Shown here one piece after another: positions 27,456 through 39,490 of a stretch of 64,000 nt of DNA; position 1 is the stretch's first letter; every line of letters begins with the position of its first letter. The position numbers and the translations under genes were made by a program. The DNA comes from Escherichia phage TH12. Under the pieces are notes generated by a model. It searched no databases. It had not been told where the DNA came from and saw only the letters and a program-made list of their open reading frames with translations. The DNA lies in sequence record MT446390.1. One strand, written 5' to 3'.

Positions 27456-29711
27456 ATGCAAGTAACTAAGAGCAGTGGGGTATCCCAAAATTTTGATGCA
27501 CAGAAAATTATTCAAGTCTTAACTTGGCAGTGTGAAGGAACACAAATCGACCCATACGAATTGTATGAAGAAATTAAGACTCATCTGGTTGATGGGATGA
27601 GCACCAAAGATATCCAGAAGATTTGTATTAAAGTTGCAGCTAACTTGATTTCTGTCGAAGAACCTGACTATCAATATGTTGCCGCTAAAGGATTAATGTT
27701 TGCACTTCGTAAAGATGTGTATGGGCAGTTTGAACCGCCTGCTTTTATCGACCATATTTCTTATTGTGTTAATGAAGGCAAATACGACCCTGAGCTGTTG
27801 TCTCAATATTCAGCAGAAGAAATCATTTATCTCGATTCACAGATTAAACATGAACGAGACTTTGACCTGACTTATGCTGGTGCTATGCAGCTTAAAGAAA
27901 AATATCTAGTTAAAGATAAAACAACTGGGAAGATTTATGAAACTCCACAGTTTGCTATCATGGCTATTGGCATGGCCTTACATCAAGACGAAACTCATGA
28001 CCGTTTGAAACATATTATTCGTTTTTATGATGCCGTTTCTACTCATCAAGTTTCATTGCCAACCCCAATTATGGCAGGTGCTCGTACTCCAACTCGCCAG
28101 TTCTCTAGTTGTGTAGTTATTGAAGCCGGTGATTCGTTAAAATCTATTAACAAAACTTCAGCATCAATTATTGAATATATTTCTAAACGAGCTGGTATCG
28201 GTATCAACGTTGGTATGCTTCGTGCAGAAGGTTCTAAGATTGGTATGGGTGAAGTTCGACATACGGGTGTTATTCCATTCTGGAAACATTTCCAAACTGC
28301 AGTAAAATCTTGTTCTCAAGGTGGTATTCGTGGTGGTGCTGCTACAGCGTATTATCCGATGTGGCACTTAGAAGTAGAGAACCTGTTGGTTCTGAAAAAT
28401 AACAAAGGCGTGGATGAAAACCGTATTAGACATATGGACTACGGAATTCAGATTAATGACCTTATGATGGAACGCCTTGGTAAAAATGATTATATTACTT
28501 TATTTAGCCCTCACGAAATGTCAGGCGAACTATACTACTCGTTCTTTGAAGATCAAGATAAATTCCGTGAGCTTTATGAGAAAGCTGAAAAAGACCCAAC
28601 AATCAGAAAGAAAAGAATCAAAGCACTAGAACTCTTTGAATTGTTCATGACTGAACGCTCTGGTACTGCTCGAATTTATCCACAATTCGTTGATAACACG
28701 AACAACTACACTCCATTTATTCGTGAAAAAGCTCCAATTCGACAGAGTAACTTATGTTGTGAAATCGCTATTCCAACTAATGATGTGAATGGTCCTGATG
28801 CTGAAATTGGTTTATGCACATTATCTGCATTCGTGTTAGATAAATTTGATTGGCAAGACCAAGATAAAATTAATGAACTTGCTGAAGTGCAAGTACGTGC
28901 ACTTGATAACTTGTTAGACTATCAAGACTATCCGGTTCCAGAAGCTTTAAAAGCTAAAAAGCGTCGAAACCTAGGTATTGGTGTTACTAACTATGCAGCC
29001 TGGTTGGCTTCTAACTTTGCTTCATACGAAGATGCTAACGATTTGACTCATGAATTGTTTGAGAGATTACAATATGGCCTTATCAAAGCGTCAATCAAAC
29101 TCGCCAAAGAAAAAGGACCTTGTGAGTATTATTCAGACACTAAATGGTCTAGAGGCGAATTACCTATCGACTGGTACAATAAAAAGATTGACCAAATCGC
29201 AGCCCCGAACTACGTCTGTGACTGGGAAGAACTTCGAGCTGAACTCAAAGAACATGGAATTCGTAACAGCACACTTAGTGCTCTCATGCCATGCGAATCA
29301 AGCAGTCAAGTCTCAAATAGCACAAACGGTATTGAACCACCTCGTGGCCCAGTAAGTATTAAAGAATCTAAAGAAGGTAATTTCCGTCAAGTAGTTCCTA
29401 ATATTGAACACAACATGGGTCTTTATGACTATGCGTGGAAACTCGCTAAGAAAGGTAATAAGCCTTATCTGACACAAGTTGTTATCATGTTAAAATGGGT
29501 GTGCCAATCTGCTTCTGCTAATACATACTACGACCCTTCAGTCTTTGAGAAAGGCAAAGTGCCAATGTCTGTAATGCTTGATGACTTGCTTTACTTCTGG
29601 TACTTTGGTGGTAAGAACCTTTACTATCATAACACTCGAGATGGTTCTGGTACAGATGACTATGAGTTAGAAACGCCTAAAGCTGAAGATTGCTCCGCTT
29701 GTAAGCTTTAA
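27456..29711 (+). CDS. nrdA: aerobic ribonucleotide reductase large subunit
   Basis: 751 aa with class Ia RNR large subunit features (ATP cone, active-site Cys motifs, C-terminal CxxC). Confidence 0.9.
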   Translation: MQVTKSSGVSQNFDAQKIIQVLTWQCEGTQIDPYELYEEIKTHLVDGMSTKDIQKICIKVAANLISVEEPDYQYVAAKGLMFALRKDVYGQFEPPAFIDHISYCVNEGKYDPELLSQYSAEEIIYLDSQIKHERDFDLTYAGAMQLKEKYLVKDKTTGKIYETPQFAIMAIGMALHQDETHDRLKHIIRFYDAVSTHQVSLPTPIMAGARTPTRQFSSCVVIEAGDSLKSINKTSASIIEYISKRAGIGINVGMLRAEGSKIGMGEVRHTGVIPFWKHFQTAVKSCSQGGIRGGAATAYYPMWHLEVENLLVLKNNKGVDENRIRHMDYGIQINDLMMERLGKNDYITLFSPHEMSGELYYSFFEDQDKFRELYEKAEKDPTIRKKRIKALELFELFMTERSGTARIYPQFVDNTNNYTPFIREKAPIRQSNLCCEIAIPTNDVNGPDAEIGLCTLSAFVLDKFDWQDQDKINELAEVQVRALDNLLDYQDYPVPEALKAKKRRNLGIGVTNYAAWLASNFASYEDANDLTHELFERLQYGLIKASIKLAKEKGPCEYYSDTKWSRGELPIDWYNKKIDQIAAPNYVCDWEELRAELKEHGIRNSTLSALMPCESSSQVSNSTNGIEPPRGPVSIKESKEGNFRQVVPNIEHNMGLYDYAWKLAKKGNKPYLTQVVIMLKWVCQSASANTYYDPSVFEKGKVPMSVMLDDLLYFWYFGGKNLYYHNTRDGSGTDDYELETPKAEDCSACKL

Positions 29712-29761
29712 GAATTTTGTTTATAATTGACTCATGGATGAGTCACTATTGAGAGAATATA

Positions 29762-30940
29762 ATGAGTACAGTTTTTAATACCCAAAAAGTTGATGTTTTG
29801 AATGAACCAATGTTCTTTGGTTCCGGTCTTGGCCTTGCGCGTTACGATATTCAACGCCATAAAGTTTTTGAAGAGCTTATTGAAAAGCAATTGTCGTTTT
29901 TTTGGCGCCCTGAAGAGGTAAACTTGATGTTGGACTCTGCGCAGTTCAATAAGCTTCCACAGTTCCAACAGAACATCTTTACGAACAACCTTAAGTATCA
30001 ATCATTATTGGATTCTATCCAAGGCAGGGCACCATCTGCGGTACTTATGGCATTGCTTTCCGACCCTTCATTAGATACATGGGTTGCTACATGGACATTC
30101 AGTGAAACCATTCACTCTCGTTCATATACTCATATCATGCGAAATCTTTATACTGATCCATCGAAGGTATTTGATGAGATTGTATTAGATGAAGCAATTA
30201 TGAAACGTGCGGAATCAATCGGCAAATATTATGATGATGTTCTAGTTAAAACACGTGAATGGGAAAATGCTAAAGAAATTTTTAAATGTTTTTCCGAAAA
30301 TGAATATGATTTGGATGCATATTCAAATAGTCTTATGCATGTGGAAGAATGTAAACGTGCATTAATGAAGTCTCTTTATCTCTGCTTACACGTTATCAAC
30401 GCCTTAGAAGCTATTCGTTTTTACGTATCATTTGCATGTACCTTTAACTTCCATAAAAATATGGAAATTATGGAAGGCAATGCAAAGATTATGAAGTTCA
30501 TTGCTCGTGACGAACAACTCCACCTCAAGGGTACTCAGTACATTATCCGTCAACTTCAATCTGGTACTGATGGGGATGAATGGGTTCAAATTGCTAAAGA
30601 GTGTGAGCAAGAAGCAGTAGATATCTTTATGGAAGTAAATAGTCAAGAGAAGGAATGGGCTGCACACCTCTTTAAAGATGGTACATGTCCAGGTATCAAT
30701 ACGCAGAGTATGTGTGCTTTTGTTGATTACTTGACTGTGTCTCGTATTAAACAGTGCGGTTTGCCATGCCCAATCACTGATGCTCCGACCAAGCATCCAT
30801 ATCCTTGGATTCGTGAATATCTGAACTCCGATTTAGTTCAAGCAGCTCCTCAGGAAGTTGAAATCAGTTCTTATCTTGTCGCACAAATTGATAATGATGT
30901 AGACCAAAATGTAATCAATTCATACAAAAAATATTTCTAA
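29762..30940 (+). CDS. nrdB: aerobic ribonucleotide reductase small subunit (uninterrupted, no intron)
   Basis: 392 aa continuous ORF with di-iron ligand motifs; T4 nrdB carries an intron that is absent here. Confidence 0.9.
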   Translation: MSTVFNTQKVDVLNEPMFFGSGLGLARYDIQRHKVFEELIEKQLSFFWRPEEVNLMLDSAQFNKLPQFQQNIFTNNLKYQSLLDSIQGRAPSAVLMALLSDPSLDTWVATWTFSETIHSRSYTHIMRNLYTDPSKVFDEIVLDEAIMKRAESIGKYYDDVLVKTREWENAKEIFKCFSENEYDLDAYSNSLMHVEECKRALMKSLYLCLHVINALEAIRFYVSFACTFNFHKNMEIMEGNAKIMKFIARDEQLHLKGTQYIIRQLQSGTDGDEWVQIAKECEQEAVDIFMEVNSQEKEWAAHLFKDGTCPGINTQSMCAFVDYLTVSRIKQCGLPCPITDAPTKHPYPWIREYLNSDLVQAAPQEVEISSYLVAQIDNDVDQNVINSYKKYF

Positions 30941-30944
30941 GGAC

Positions 30945-30966
30945 GGGACTTCGGTCCCACTTTATT
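30945..30966 (+). terminator. rho-independent terminator (GGGAC-TTCG-GTCCC) after nrdB
   Basis: GC hairpin with TTCG loop followed by TTTATT. Confidence 0.6.
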
Positions 30967-31377
30967 ATGAAAGATATTGCCGCCGAATATTCCTTTATTA
31001 AATATACAGAATTGGAGCTATTAGAAGATGCAACAATTAAAACAGTTGATGTCCCTAATAAGAAAAATGTCATATACGCTATTGCTATAGATGACGAACT
31101 TGTGTATATTGGTAAAACCAAGAATTTAAAGAAACGCATTAACTATTATCGAACAGCCATAAATCGAAAAGACCAGACTTCAGATTCAAGAAAATCACTT
31201 ATGATTTTGGATGCCTTAATGCAAGGCAAAAAGGTTGAATTCTGGGCCCGCCAATGTTTTGACCTTTCAGTCACCAACGAACTTGGTTCAATGACCATCG
31301 CAACAATGGACCTTGAAGAACCGCTTTTTATCAAAAAGTTCAACCCGCCTTGGAATATCCAACATAAGAAAAAGTAG
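30967..31377 (+). CDS. denA: endonuclease II (GIY-YIG family)
   Basis: 136 aa (same as T4 DenA); VIYAIAIDDELVYIGKT GIY-YIG-like motif; position between nrdB and rnlA. Confidence 0.8.
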   Translation: MKDIAAEYSFIKYTELELLEDATIKTVDVPNKKNVIYAIAIDDELVYIGKTKNLKKRINYYRTAINRKDQTSDSRKSLMILDALMQGKKVEFWARQCFDLSVTNELGSMTIATMDLEEPLFIKKFNPPWNIQHKKK

Positions 31378-31425
31378 TTTACACACCACAAGGATTGTGG
31401 TACAATTTAAAAAAAAACTAACTGA

Positions 31426-32559
<1,134 letters not shown>

Positions 32560-32621
32560 TGGTTTACAAACACCAAGGATGGTGTTACTATGGGTTTTAT
32601 CAACAACACGAGGAGAAAATT

Positions 32622-33122
32622 ATGAATATGCAATTGATTACTAACGATATGGTTGTGGCAGCATTTGGTGATTCTACAGATGGAATCCGGGTCTTTAAGA
32701 AAGGCCGTCCAGTTGGTTATCTTACGGACCTTCGTACTACTCTAGCGAAAAATGCTAAAAAGAAGTTAAAGCAAAAGGAATATTCCACCCGATACGCTGA
32801 AGAGAAACGTGAAGCAATGCCGGAAGCAGTTAATGCTATGGTAGAATTTCTTCAAAACAATTTGACTAAATATGACGCTAATGTGTTCATTAATATTAGT
32901 CAACCAAACGTACATATCGCAGGTATAAAATTCTACATTATTTGCGACCCTCTTACCGACAAATTCAACCGTCTCGGAATCTCAAGTCCATATCATACAG
33001 CAGAAGAGTTGTGTGTATTGTTTGAATCGTACAAAATCCAGTGTGATGGTTTGAAAACCGTTCTTATCAATGGATTATCCCGAGATGAAATCATTGAGAT
33101 TATTAAAACATGCTTAAAGTAA
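32622..33122 (+). CDS. alc: Alc (unfolding/termination on cytosine DNA)
   Basis: ATG at 32622 with RBS GAGGAG; 166 aa (T4 Alc 167 aa); position after rnlA. Confidence 0.7.
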   Translation: MNMQLITNDMVVAAFGDSTDGIRVFKKGRPVGYLTDLRTTLAKNAKKKLKQKEYSTRYAEEKREAMPEAVNAMVEFLQNNLTKYDANVFINISQPNVHIAGIKFYIICDPLTDKFNRLGISSPYHTAEELCVLFESYKIQCDGLKTVLINGLSRDEIIEIIKTCLK

Positions 33123-33466
33123 ATCCGATTTACGCTATAGTAGCAGCTTTTGCTCTAGTTTCTACGGTAACAATAGTTGTCTTAAACAACAAAGTTGATT
33201 CGTTGAATACTGAATTAGCTTCTGTTAAAGAGGCTGCTAAAAACAATGCTAAAGTATTAGACGACTTCAAAGTTCAATATCAGTCAATCGAAGAAATGAC
33301 TTATAAGAACCGTGTTTTAGTTGACCAACTTAAGGCCGAAAATGAAAAGCTCCGTAAGGATTCGAAGAAGAAGAACGTGGTGGCAAGTAAACCAGGATTG
33401 GTCGAAAAACAAATCAACAGGTCCTTCGATTCCTTTGCAGAAGACCTCAGGAAGCTCTCAGAATGA
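33110..33466 (+). CDS. i-spanin (Rz-like; T4 pseT.3 equivalent)
   Basis: 118 aa, N-terminal TM, coiled-coil periplasmic region; overlaps and precedes a lipoprotein gene. Confidence 0.7.
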   Translation: MLKVNPIYAIVAAFALVSTVTIVVLNNKVDSLNTELASVKEAAKNNAKVLDDFKVQYQSIEEMTYKNRVLVDQLKAENEKLRKDSKKKNVVASKPGLVEKQINRSFDSFAEDLRKLSE

Positions 33467-33753
33467 TTAAATTAATCGCAGTTGTATTATCTATTGGCAT
33501 TTTGGCTGGATGTGCCCAGGATGTGCCCTTAAGCCCTAAAGAAACTTTACATCCGCCATGGCCTGAATCTATTGTTGAATATAACCAGAAATGGCAAGTA
33601 AAGGTTATTGATGGTAATCCGTGGGTTGGAATGCCATTTGAAGACTCTCAAGAATTTCGTATCTGGTTAAACGACGTAAAAAGATATGTACATGACCAGA
33701 AGACTATGATATGTTATTATCGTAGTGGTTTAAAAGAGGAAAAATGCCAATGA
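33463..33753 (+). CDS. o-spanin outer-membrane lipoprotein (Rz1-like; T4 pseT.2 equivalent)
   Basis: 96 aa with signal peptide and lipobox ILAGC. Confidence 0.75.
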   Translation: MIKLIAVVLSIGILAGCAQDVPLSPKETLHPPWPESIVEYNQKWQVKVIDGNPWVGMPFEDSQEFRIWLNDVKRYVHDQKTMICYYRSGLKEEKCQ

Positions 33754-33968
33754 CTAAAGAACAGCATGAATACATTAAAGGGCTTATCTATGAATCTGAA
33801 ATGGCGGCTATGATTTATGGGCGCCAGATTCAACGATTAGAATCTTTGCCTCCGACTAATGACCGATTGTTAGTTCAGTCTCGTGCTAATCTGAAAAATG
33901 AATATCAGAATAAGTGGGCAGTAGCGACTAAAGCTCTTCATGAGTATATCGAATCTTTAGTAAAATAG
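33744..33968 (+). CDS. hypothetical protein (74 aa)
   Basis: ORF overlapping previous stop. Confidence 0.5.
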   Translation: MPMTKEQHEYIKGLIYESEMAAMIYGRQIQRLESLPPTNDRLLVQSRANLKNEYQNKWAVATKALHEYIESLVK

Positions 33969-34003
33969 TTTACAAACTCTCGGGAGCAGAGTATAATGCT
34001 CCT
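33969..34003 (+). promoter_or_regulatory. early promoter with TATAAT inside inverted repeat GGAGCA/TGCTCC
   Basis: GTTTAC at 33969-33974, TATAAT at 33992-33997 flanked by 6-bp inverted repeat. Confidence 0.45.
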
Positions 34004-34025
34004 ATGGATAATTGAGGAAATCTAA

Positions 34026-34324
34026 ATGAAAACATTACTAGAGAATTACATCAAACGGTCTGATGAGTATATTGATATCTGTCGTGGAATGTCACTTGGC
34101 AATTATGACAAAGATGCAGCAAAGGCACTAGATGAAGCAGGTAAAGCTCTTCGTAAAGCTGCTAAAGAAAAAGGGTTGGATTTGCAACAACTCAAAAGTC
34201 ATATGATTAAATTTATTTCTTCAAACGTTAGAAGTACGTCAATTAATAAAAACGTTGCTGAAATTAATAAAGACCGGCGCGAGCATAACATTCGTATTCT
34301 TGAAATTTTCTTAGGAATAAAATA

Positions 34325-34325
<1 letters not shown>
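34026..34325 (+). CDS. hypothetical protein (99 aa)
   Basis: ORF with RBS GAGGAAA. Confidence 0.55.
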
Positions 34326-35411
<1,086 letters not shown>

Positions 35412-35412
<1 letters not shown>

Positions 35413-35603
35413 TGAAACGATTATATGAAGTGATTGAGGCCATCGAACAGCATAAAGAATATTTGTTTGTAGCCTGGCCTTTAGTAAATGGACAGTTCGG
35501 TATTGATGTGCTGGACTATGAGCATGAAGAACGTTTGGACGGTGGTATATTTGATAACGTCGACCAGGCAATTGAATGGTTAAATGAAAACTATGTACGA
35601 TAA
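35412..35603 (+). CDS. hypothetical protein (63 aa)
   Basis: Coupled small ORF (cd-proximal). Confidence 0.5.
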
Positions 35604-35808
35604 ACATCATGAAATCGAAGATGAAGCATACAAAATGCTTCGTAAACTAGTGGGACTTAATATGAGTCCTACATTAATCAACAAACTCGCAGGAATTCGT
35701 AATGATCTGAATACTCGTTACAAAGGCGAATATCATGTAGAGTTTGTTCCTGTAGGTGAACCGACCGAGCGATTTGTTGTTCGAGTTAAAGTAAATACTG
35801 TACACTGA
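35584..35808 (+). CDS. hypothetical protein (74 aa)
   Basis: Coupled small ORF. Confidence 0.5.
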   Translation: MKTMYDKHHEIEDEAYKMLRKLVGLNMSPTLINKLAGIRNDLNTRYKGEYHVEFVPVGEPTERFVVRVKVNTVH

Positions 35809-35815
35809 GGTAATT

Positions 35816-36091
35816 ATGTTCCCAACTTATTCTGAAATTGTAAAGGTAGTCTTCAGTCAGATTATTGCTAATAATATGTTTGAAGTGCTTGATAATGCAG
35901 CCGAACTCAGAGTTCATGCTCAACTAACTCATGTACTCAATGCTTTGCTCCCAGACCAAGTAGATTCTATTGCTATTACTCTTCTCCCTGGGTCTGCACA
36001 CGTCATAGTGGTATTTGGTCTTGACGGCGATTTAGTTATCCAATGTGATATCAATTTCGGTACACAAAAAATTGAATGCAAAGCAATTTAA
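35816..36091 (+). CDS. hypothetical protein (91 aa)
   Basis: ORF, weak RBS. Confidence 0.45.
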   Translation: MFPTYSEIVKVVFSQIIANNMFEVLDNAAELRVHAQLTHVLNALLPDQVDSIAITLLPGSAHVIVVFGLDGDLVIQCDINFGTQKIECKAI

Positions 36092-36151
36092 TGGTTTACA
36101 ACATGGTGGAGTTGTGATACTATAACTCTACCAACAAATGAGGAAATAGAA

Positions 36152-36388
36152 ATGCTAAGTGAAAACCCAATCACAGTACACGAATTTCAGATTAAAGTAA
36201 AAGAATTTGCTCAAGCACTCATCAATAAAGTGTCTGAACGTTTCCAAGATGCAACATTACGAGTTATTCAAGAATCTCCACGTTCTTTTCTCATAATCGT
36301 TAATCCTAAAGATGGTGACCAAATTACTAATCTTAAATTAGGCAGTGACGGTCTTGTTGAAGCAACTCGAGTGTATGGAACACTATAA
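36152..36388 (+). CDS. hypothetical protein (78 aa)
   Basis: ORF with RBS GAGGAAA and promoter cassette upstream. Confidence 0.55.
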   Translation: MLSENPITVHEFQIKVKEFAQALINKVSERFQDATLRVIQESPRSFLIIVNPKDGDQITNLKLGSDGLVEATRVYGTL

Positions 36389-36508
36389 TGAGAGTTATCT
36401 CATTACTATCGAGAATGGTCATAAATCTGAGCACTACCAACTTAGCCTGTCTAATCCGGTTAAAGGTATTGTTGAATCAGAATCTGTTTATATCTCCTAA
36501 GGATTGTT

Positions 36509-37501
36509 ATGTTACCTGTCGTCGGAAAACTTATTTCTCCAAAAGAACTGGCTGAGATTATTCCTTTGTCGGAAGCTTACGCATCACAAGTGGCTTCTCA
36601 TCGCGAACAAGTTAATTCGATTATGAACGGTGAAGACCCACGCAAACTTATTGTTGTAGGTCCTTGTTCAATTCATGACCCTATTGCTGCTGTTGAATAC
36701 GGCAAACGTCTGGCTGAACTTCAAACTCGTCTTCCTAATGTTCTGTTAGTGATGCGCGTTTATTTTGAAAAGCCTCGAACTACCGTAGGTTGGAAAGGTC
36801 TTGTAAATGATCCATATCTTGACGGAAGTTTTGATATGAACCACGGTCTTATAGTTGCACGAACATTGTGTCGTAAACTTCTACGTATGGGACTTCCATT
36901 AGCAACTGAAGTATTAGACCCATTCACGATTAAGTATCTTTCTGGTATTTTCTCATGGGTTGCTATTGGCGCACGTACGACTGAAAGTCAGACACATCGT
37001 GAAATTGCTTCAGGTCTACCGATGTGCGTAGGCTTCAAGAACGCAACCAATGGTTCTATTAAAGTAGCTACAGACGCGATGTATAGTGCCGCCTGGCCTC
37101 ATCGGTATATGGGTATGGACGTCGATGGTACTGTAGGCATTGTTGAAGCTGAAGGTAATCAGAATACGCATATCGTATTGCGTGGCGGGACCAACGGCCC
37201 GAACTATCATTCTTCTGATATTCAAGAAGCTTCTAACAAAGCAAGGGCAGTAGGTCTGAATCATTATGTAATGGTTGACTGTAGCCATGCAAACGCTGAT
37301 GGGCATTATAGCAATCAAATTGATATTGGTAAAAATTTAGCAGCTAATGATTTGGTCAAAGGAATTATGATAGAATCGTTCCTACATGAAGGAAATCAAA
37401 AAATTTCTGATAATATGTCCTATGGCGTTTCCGTTACCGATGCGTGCATCAGTTGGGAACAAACTAAAGAGCTGTTAACTTATATTAATAAGGTTCAATA
37501 A
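36509..37501 (+). CDS. 3-deoxy-D-arabino-heptulosonate 7-phosphate (DAHP) synthase, class I (AroG/AroF/AroH-like)
   Basis: 330 aa; LIVVGPCSIHDP, MRVYFEKPRTTVGWKGL, IGARTTESQTHRE, GFKNATNGS, ILRGG and MIESFLHEGNQ segments align with recalled E. coli AroG. Confidence 0.85.
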   Translation: MLPVVGKLISPKELAEIIPLSEAYASQVASHREQVNSIMNGEDPRKLIVVGPCSIHDPIAAVEYGKRLAELQTRLPNVLLVMRVYFEKPRTTVGWKGLVNDPYLDGSFDMNHGLIVARTLCRKLLRMGLPLATEVLDPFTIKYLSGIFSWVAIGARTTESQTHREIASGLPMCVGFKNATNGSIKVATDAMYSAAWPHRYMGMDVDGTVGIVEAEGNQNTHIVLRGGTNGPNYHSSDIQEASNKARAVGLNHYVMVDCSHANADGHYSNQIDIGKNLAANDLVKGIMIESFLHEGNQKISDNMSYGVSVTDACISWEQTKELLTYINKVQ

Positions 37502-38082
37502 TGAAAGCTAGCACATACCTTCAGATTGCATATCTGATTTCTCAAGAATCAAAATGTTGTTCATGGAAAGTTGGTGCCGTCATTGAAAAAGATGGACGCA
37601 TTATTTCTACAGGTTATAATGGCTCTCCTTCAGGTGGTGTTAACTGTTGTGAACATGCATCCGAAAACGGTTGGTTGAAGAATAAACCAAGCCCGGTCAT
37701 CGTTGCTGGGCATAAAGAAGGCACTACAGCATTTGGACGGGTGGATAATTTTGTTTTGGCTAAAGAACATCGGGCTGCTCATAGTGCATGGTCCGCTAAT
37801 AACGAAATCCATGCGGAACTGAATGCAATTTTGTTTGCAGCTCGTAAAGGTAATTCTATTGAAGGTGCTACGTTATATACTACGCTTTCTCCGTGTCCTG
37901 ATTGCACTAAAGCTATTACACAGTCAGGTATTAAAAAGGTTGTATATGCAGAATTATATGACCGATCTCCTGAAAATTGGGCAGACATTCTTAAACAAGC
38001 CGGTATTGAAGTAATTCAGTACTCTCGTAATAATCTTCGTTCTCTGAATTGGGAACAAATCCGAAACTTTTGTGGTGAATAA
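37501..38082 (+). CDS. cd: dCMP deaminase
   Basis: 193 aa; cytidine/dCMP deaminase zinc motifs (HAELNAI, PCPDC). Confidence 0.9.
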   Translation: MKASTYLQIAYLISQESKCCSWKVGAVIEKDGRIISTGYNGSPSGGVNCCEHASENGWLKNKPSPVIVAGHKEGTTAFGRVDNFVLAKEHRAAHSAWSANNEIHAELNAILFAARKGNSIEGATLYTTLSPCPDCTKAITQSGIKKVVYAELYDRSPENWADILKQAGIEVIQYSRNNLRSLNWEQIRNFCGE

Positions 38083-38083
38083 T

Positions 38084-38380
38084 ATGATTTTAACTGAACA
38101 AGAAACTATGGTTCTTCGTGAACGTATTAAAACTATTCTGTCTGTAGGCGTTCATTGTGTTGTATTTGAAAAGGCTAACGGCGATGTTCGTACGATGTTT
38201 GCCTCCCGTGATGAACTTGAAGTCAAATACGAAAATAACAATCCGGCAACAGAAGTTCGTTCTGAACCTCGTGAATCAGTTCGAGCATTCGATACCAAGT
38301 TAGGTCAGTGGCGTTCTTTCCGCCTTGATAAAGTAATTTCGGTTGATGGTACTCCGGTAGAACGTTTGCTTCTTATGTAA
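38084..38380 (+). CDS. hypothetical protein (98 aa) between cd and gene 31
   Basis: ATG at 38084 (ORF track begins at an upstream GTG). Confidence 0.55.
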   Translation: MILTEQETMVLRERIKTILSVGVHCVVFEKANGDVRTMFASRDELEVKYENNNPATEVRSEPRESVRAFDTKLGQWRSFRLDKVISVDGTPVERLLLM

Positions 38381-38437
38381 TATGCTTTACGAATAGTATG
38401 GTATTATTAATCTATCGTCAAACAATAAGGAAATAAG

Positions 38438-38770
38438 ATGTCTGAAGTACAACTCCCAATTCGTGCTGTTGGTGAATATGTCATTCTGGTTTCTGAACCC
38501 GCTCAAGCAGGTGATGAAGAAGTTACCGAATCAGGACTTGTGATTGGTAAACGTATTCAAGGTGAAGTTCCTGAACTATGTGTAGTTCATTCTGTAGGTC
38601 CTGATGTTCCTAAAGGTTTTGTTGAAGTCGGTGATTTGACTCCACTACCAGTTGGACAAATTCGAAATGTTCCACATCCATTTGTGGCTTTGGGACTTAA
38701 ACAACCTAAAGAAATTAAACAGAAATTCGTAACATGCCACTATAAAGCTATTCCGTGTCTTTATAAGTGA
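38438..38770 (+). CDS. 31: co-chaperonin gp31 (GroES-like)
   Basis: 110 aa; [39 protein letters not shown] matches recalled T4 gp31. Confidence 0.9.
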   Translation: MSEVQLPIRAVGEYVILVSEPAQAGDEEVTESGLVIGKRIQGEVPELCVVHSVGPDVPKGFVEVGDLTPLPVGQIRNVPHPFVALGLKQPKEIKQKFVTCHYKAIPCLYK

Positions 38771-38894
38771 TATAAATAACTATATGAAGAGAACACTCTT
38801 CTAAGCGGTAGCCTACAACTGAGAGACTTGTCGAAAGAAGGTGAAATTCAGACGAACGTGGCTACTAAATATTATCTCGAATTGAGAATTTAAA

Positions 38895-39143
38895 ATGATT
38901 AAACAATTACAACACGCTCTTGAACTGCAACGCAACGCATGGAATAACGGTCACGAAAACTACGGCGCGTCAATTGATGTTGAAGCCGAAGCACTGGAAA
39001 TCCTGCGTTATTTCAAACACCTGAATCCTGCTCAGGCTACTCTGGCTTCTGAACTGGAAGCTAAAGATGAATTGAAATATGCTAAGCCTCTGGCTTCTGC
39101 AGCACGCAAAGCAGTTCGTCATTTTGTTATTACTTTGAAATAA
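38895..39143 (+). CDS. rIII: lysis inhibition accessory protein rIII
   Basis: 82 aa; MIKQLQHALELQRNAWNNGHENYGASIDVEAEALEILRYF matches recalled T4 rIII. Confidence 0.85.
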   Translation: MIKQLQHALELQRNAWNNGHENYGASIDVEAEALEILRYFKHLNPAQATLASELEAKDELKYAKPLASAARKAVRHFVITLK

Positions 39144-39306
39144 TTGCTATCATGCGTCAGCAAAAGGTTAGCTGTGTAAGTCATGGTAGGTATGATGACG
39201 GGTTTATGGTTATCCTGTCGTTAAATACCCAAAACCTATGTTCCCCTTGAGGGCTTGCGCAGGCAATGTCAATAAGTCCTGCATTTTCATTTAAAGAGAA
39301 TTTATA

Positions 39307-39486
39307 ATGGCAAAACAAGCTAAAGCAAAGAAAGCAGTTGAAAAGAAAGTTGATGGTACCTCTAAACGCGCTGGATACAAGCGTGGGTCGAACTCTCGTA
39401 TTAATCAAACAGTTGAGAAGATCATGCGCAGAGCACGTGCAGTTCTTCGAGATGATGCTTCTCGTTTTGGAAAGGTTGTTGCATAA
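39307..39486 (+). CDS. small lysine/arginine-rich protein (59 aa); not in ORF track
   Basis: ATG-initiated ORF MAKQAKAKKAVEKKVDGTSKRAGYKRGSNSRINQTVEKIMRRARAVLRDDASRFGKVVA, followed 5 nt later by a strong terminator hairpin. Confidence 0.45.
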   Translation: MAKQAKAKKAVEKKVDGTSKRAGYKRGSNSRINQTVEKIMRRARAVLRDDASRFGKVVA

Positions 39487-39490
39487 TTTT

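Noticed and set aside
29762-30940. Expected nrdB intron with I-TevIII
   Set aside because: The nrdB reading frame is continuous over 392 codons with no interruption or embedded endonuclease ORF; the intron is simply absent in this phage.
39181-39408. Minus-strand 75-aa ORF downstream of rIII
   Set aside because: No RBS and no late promoter; overlaps the better-supported plus-strand basic ORF 39307..39486, which has its own terminator.
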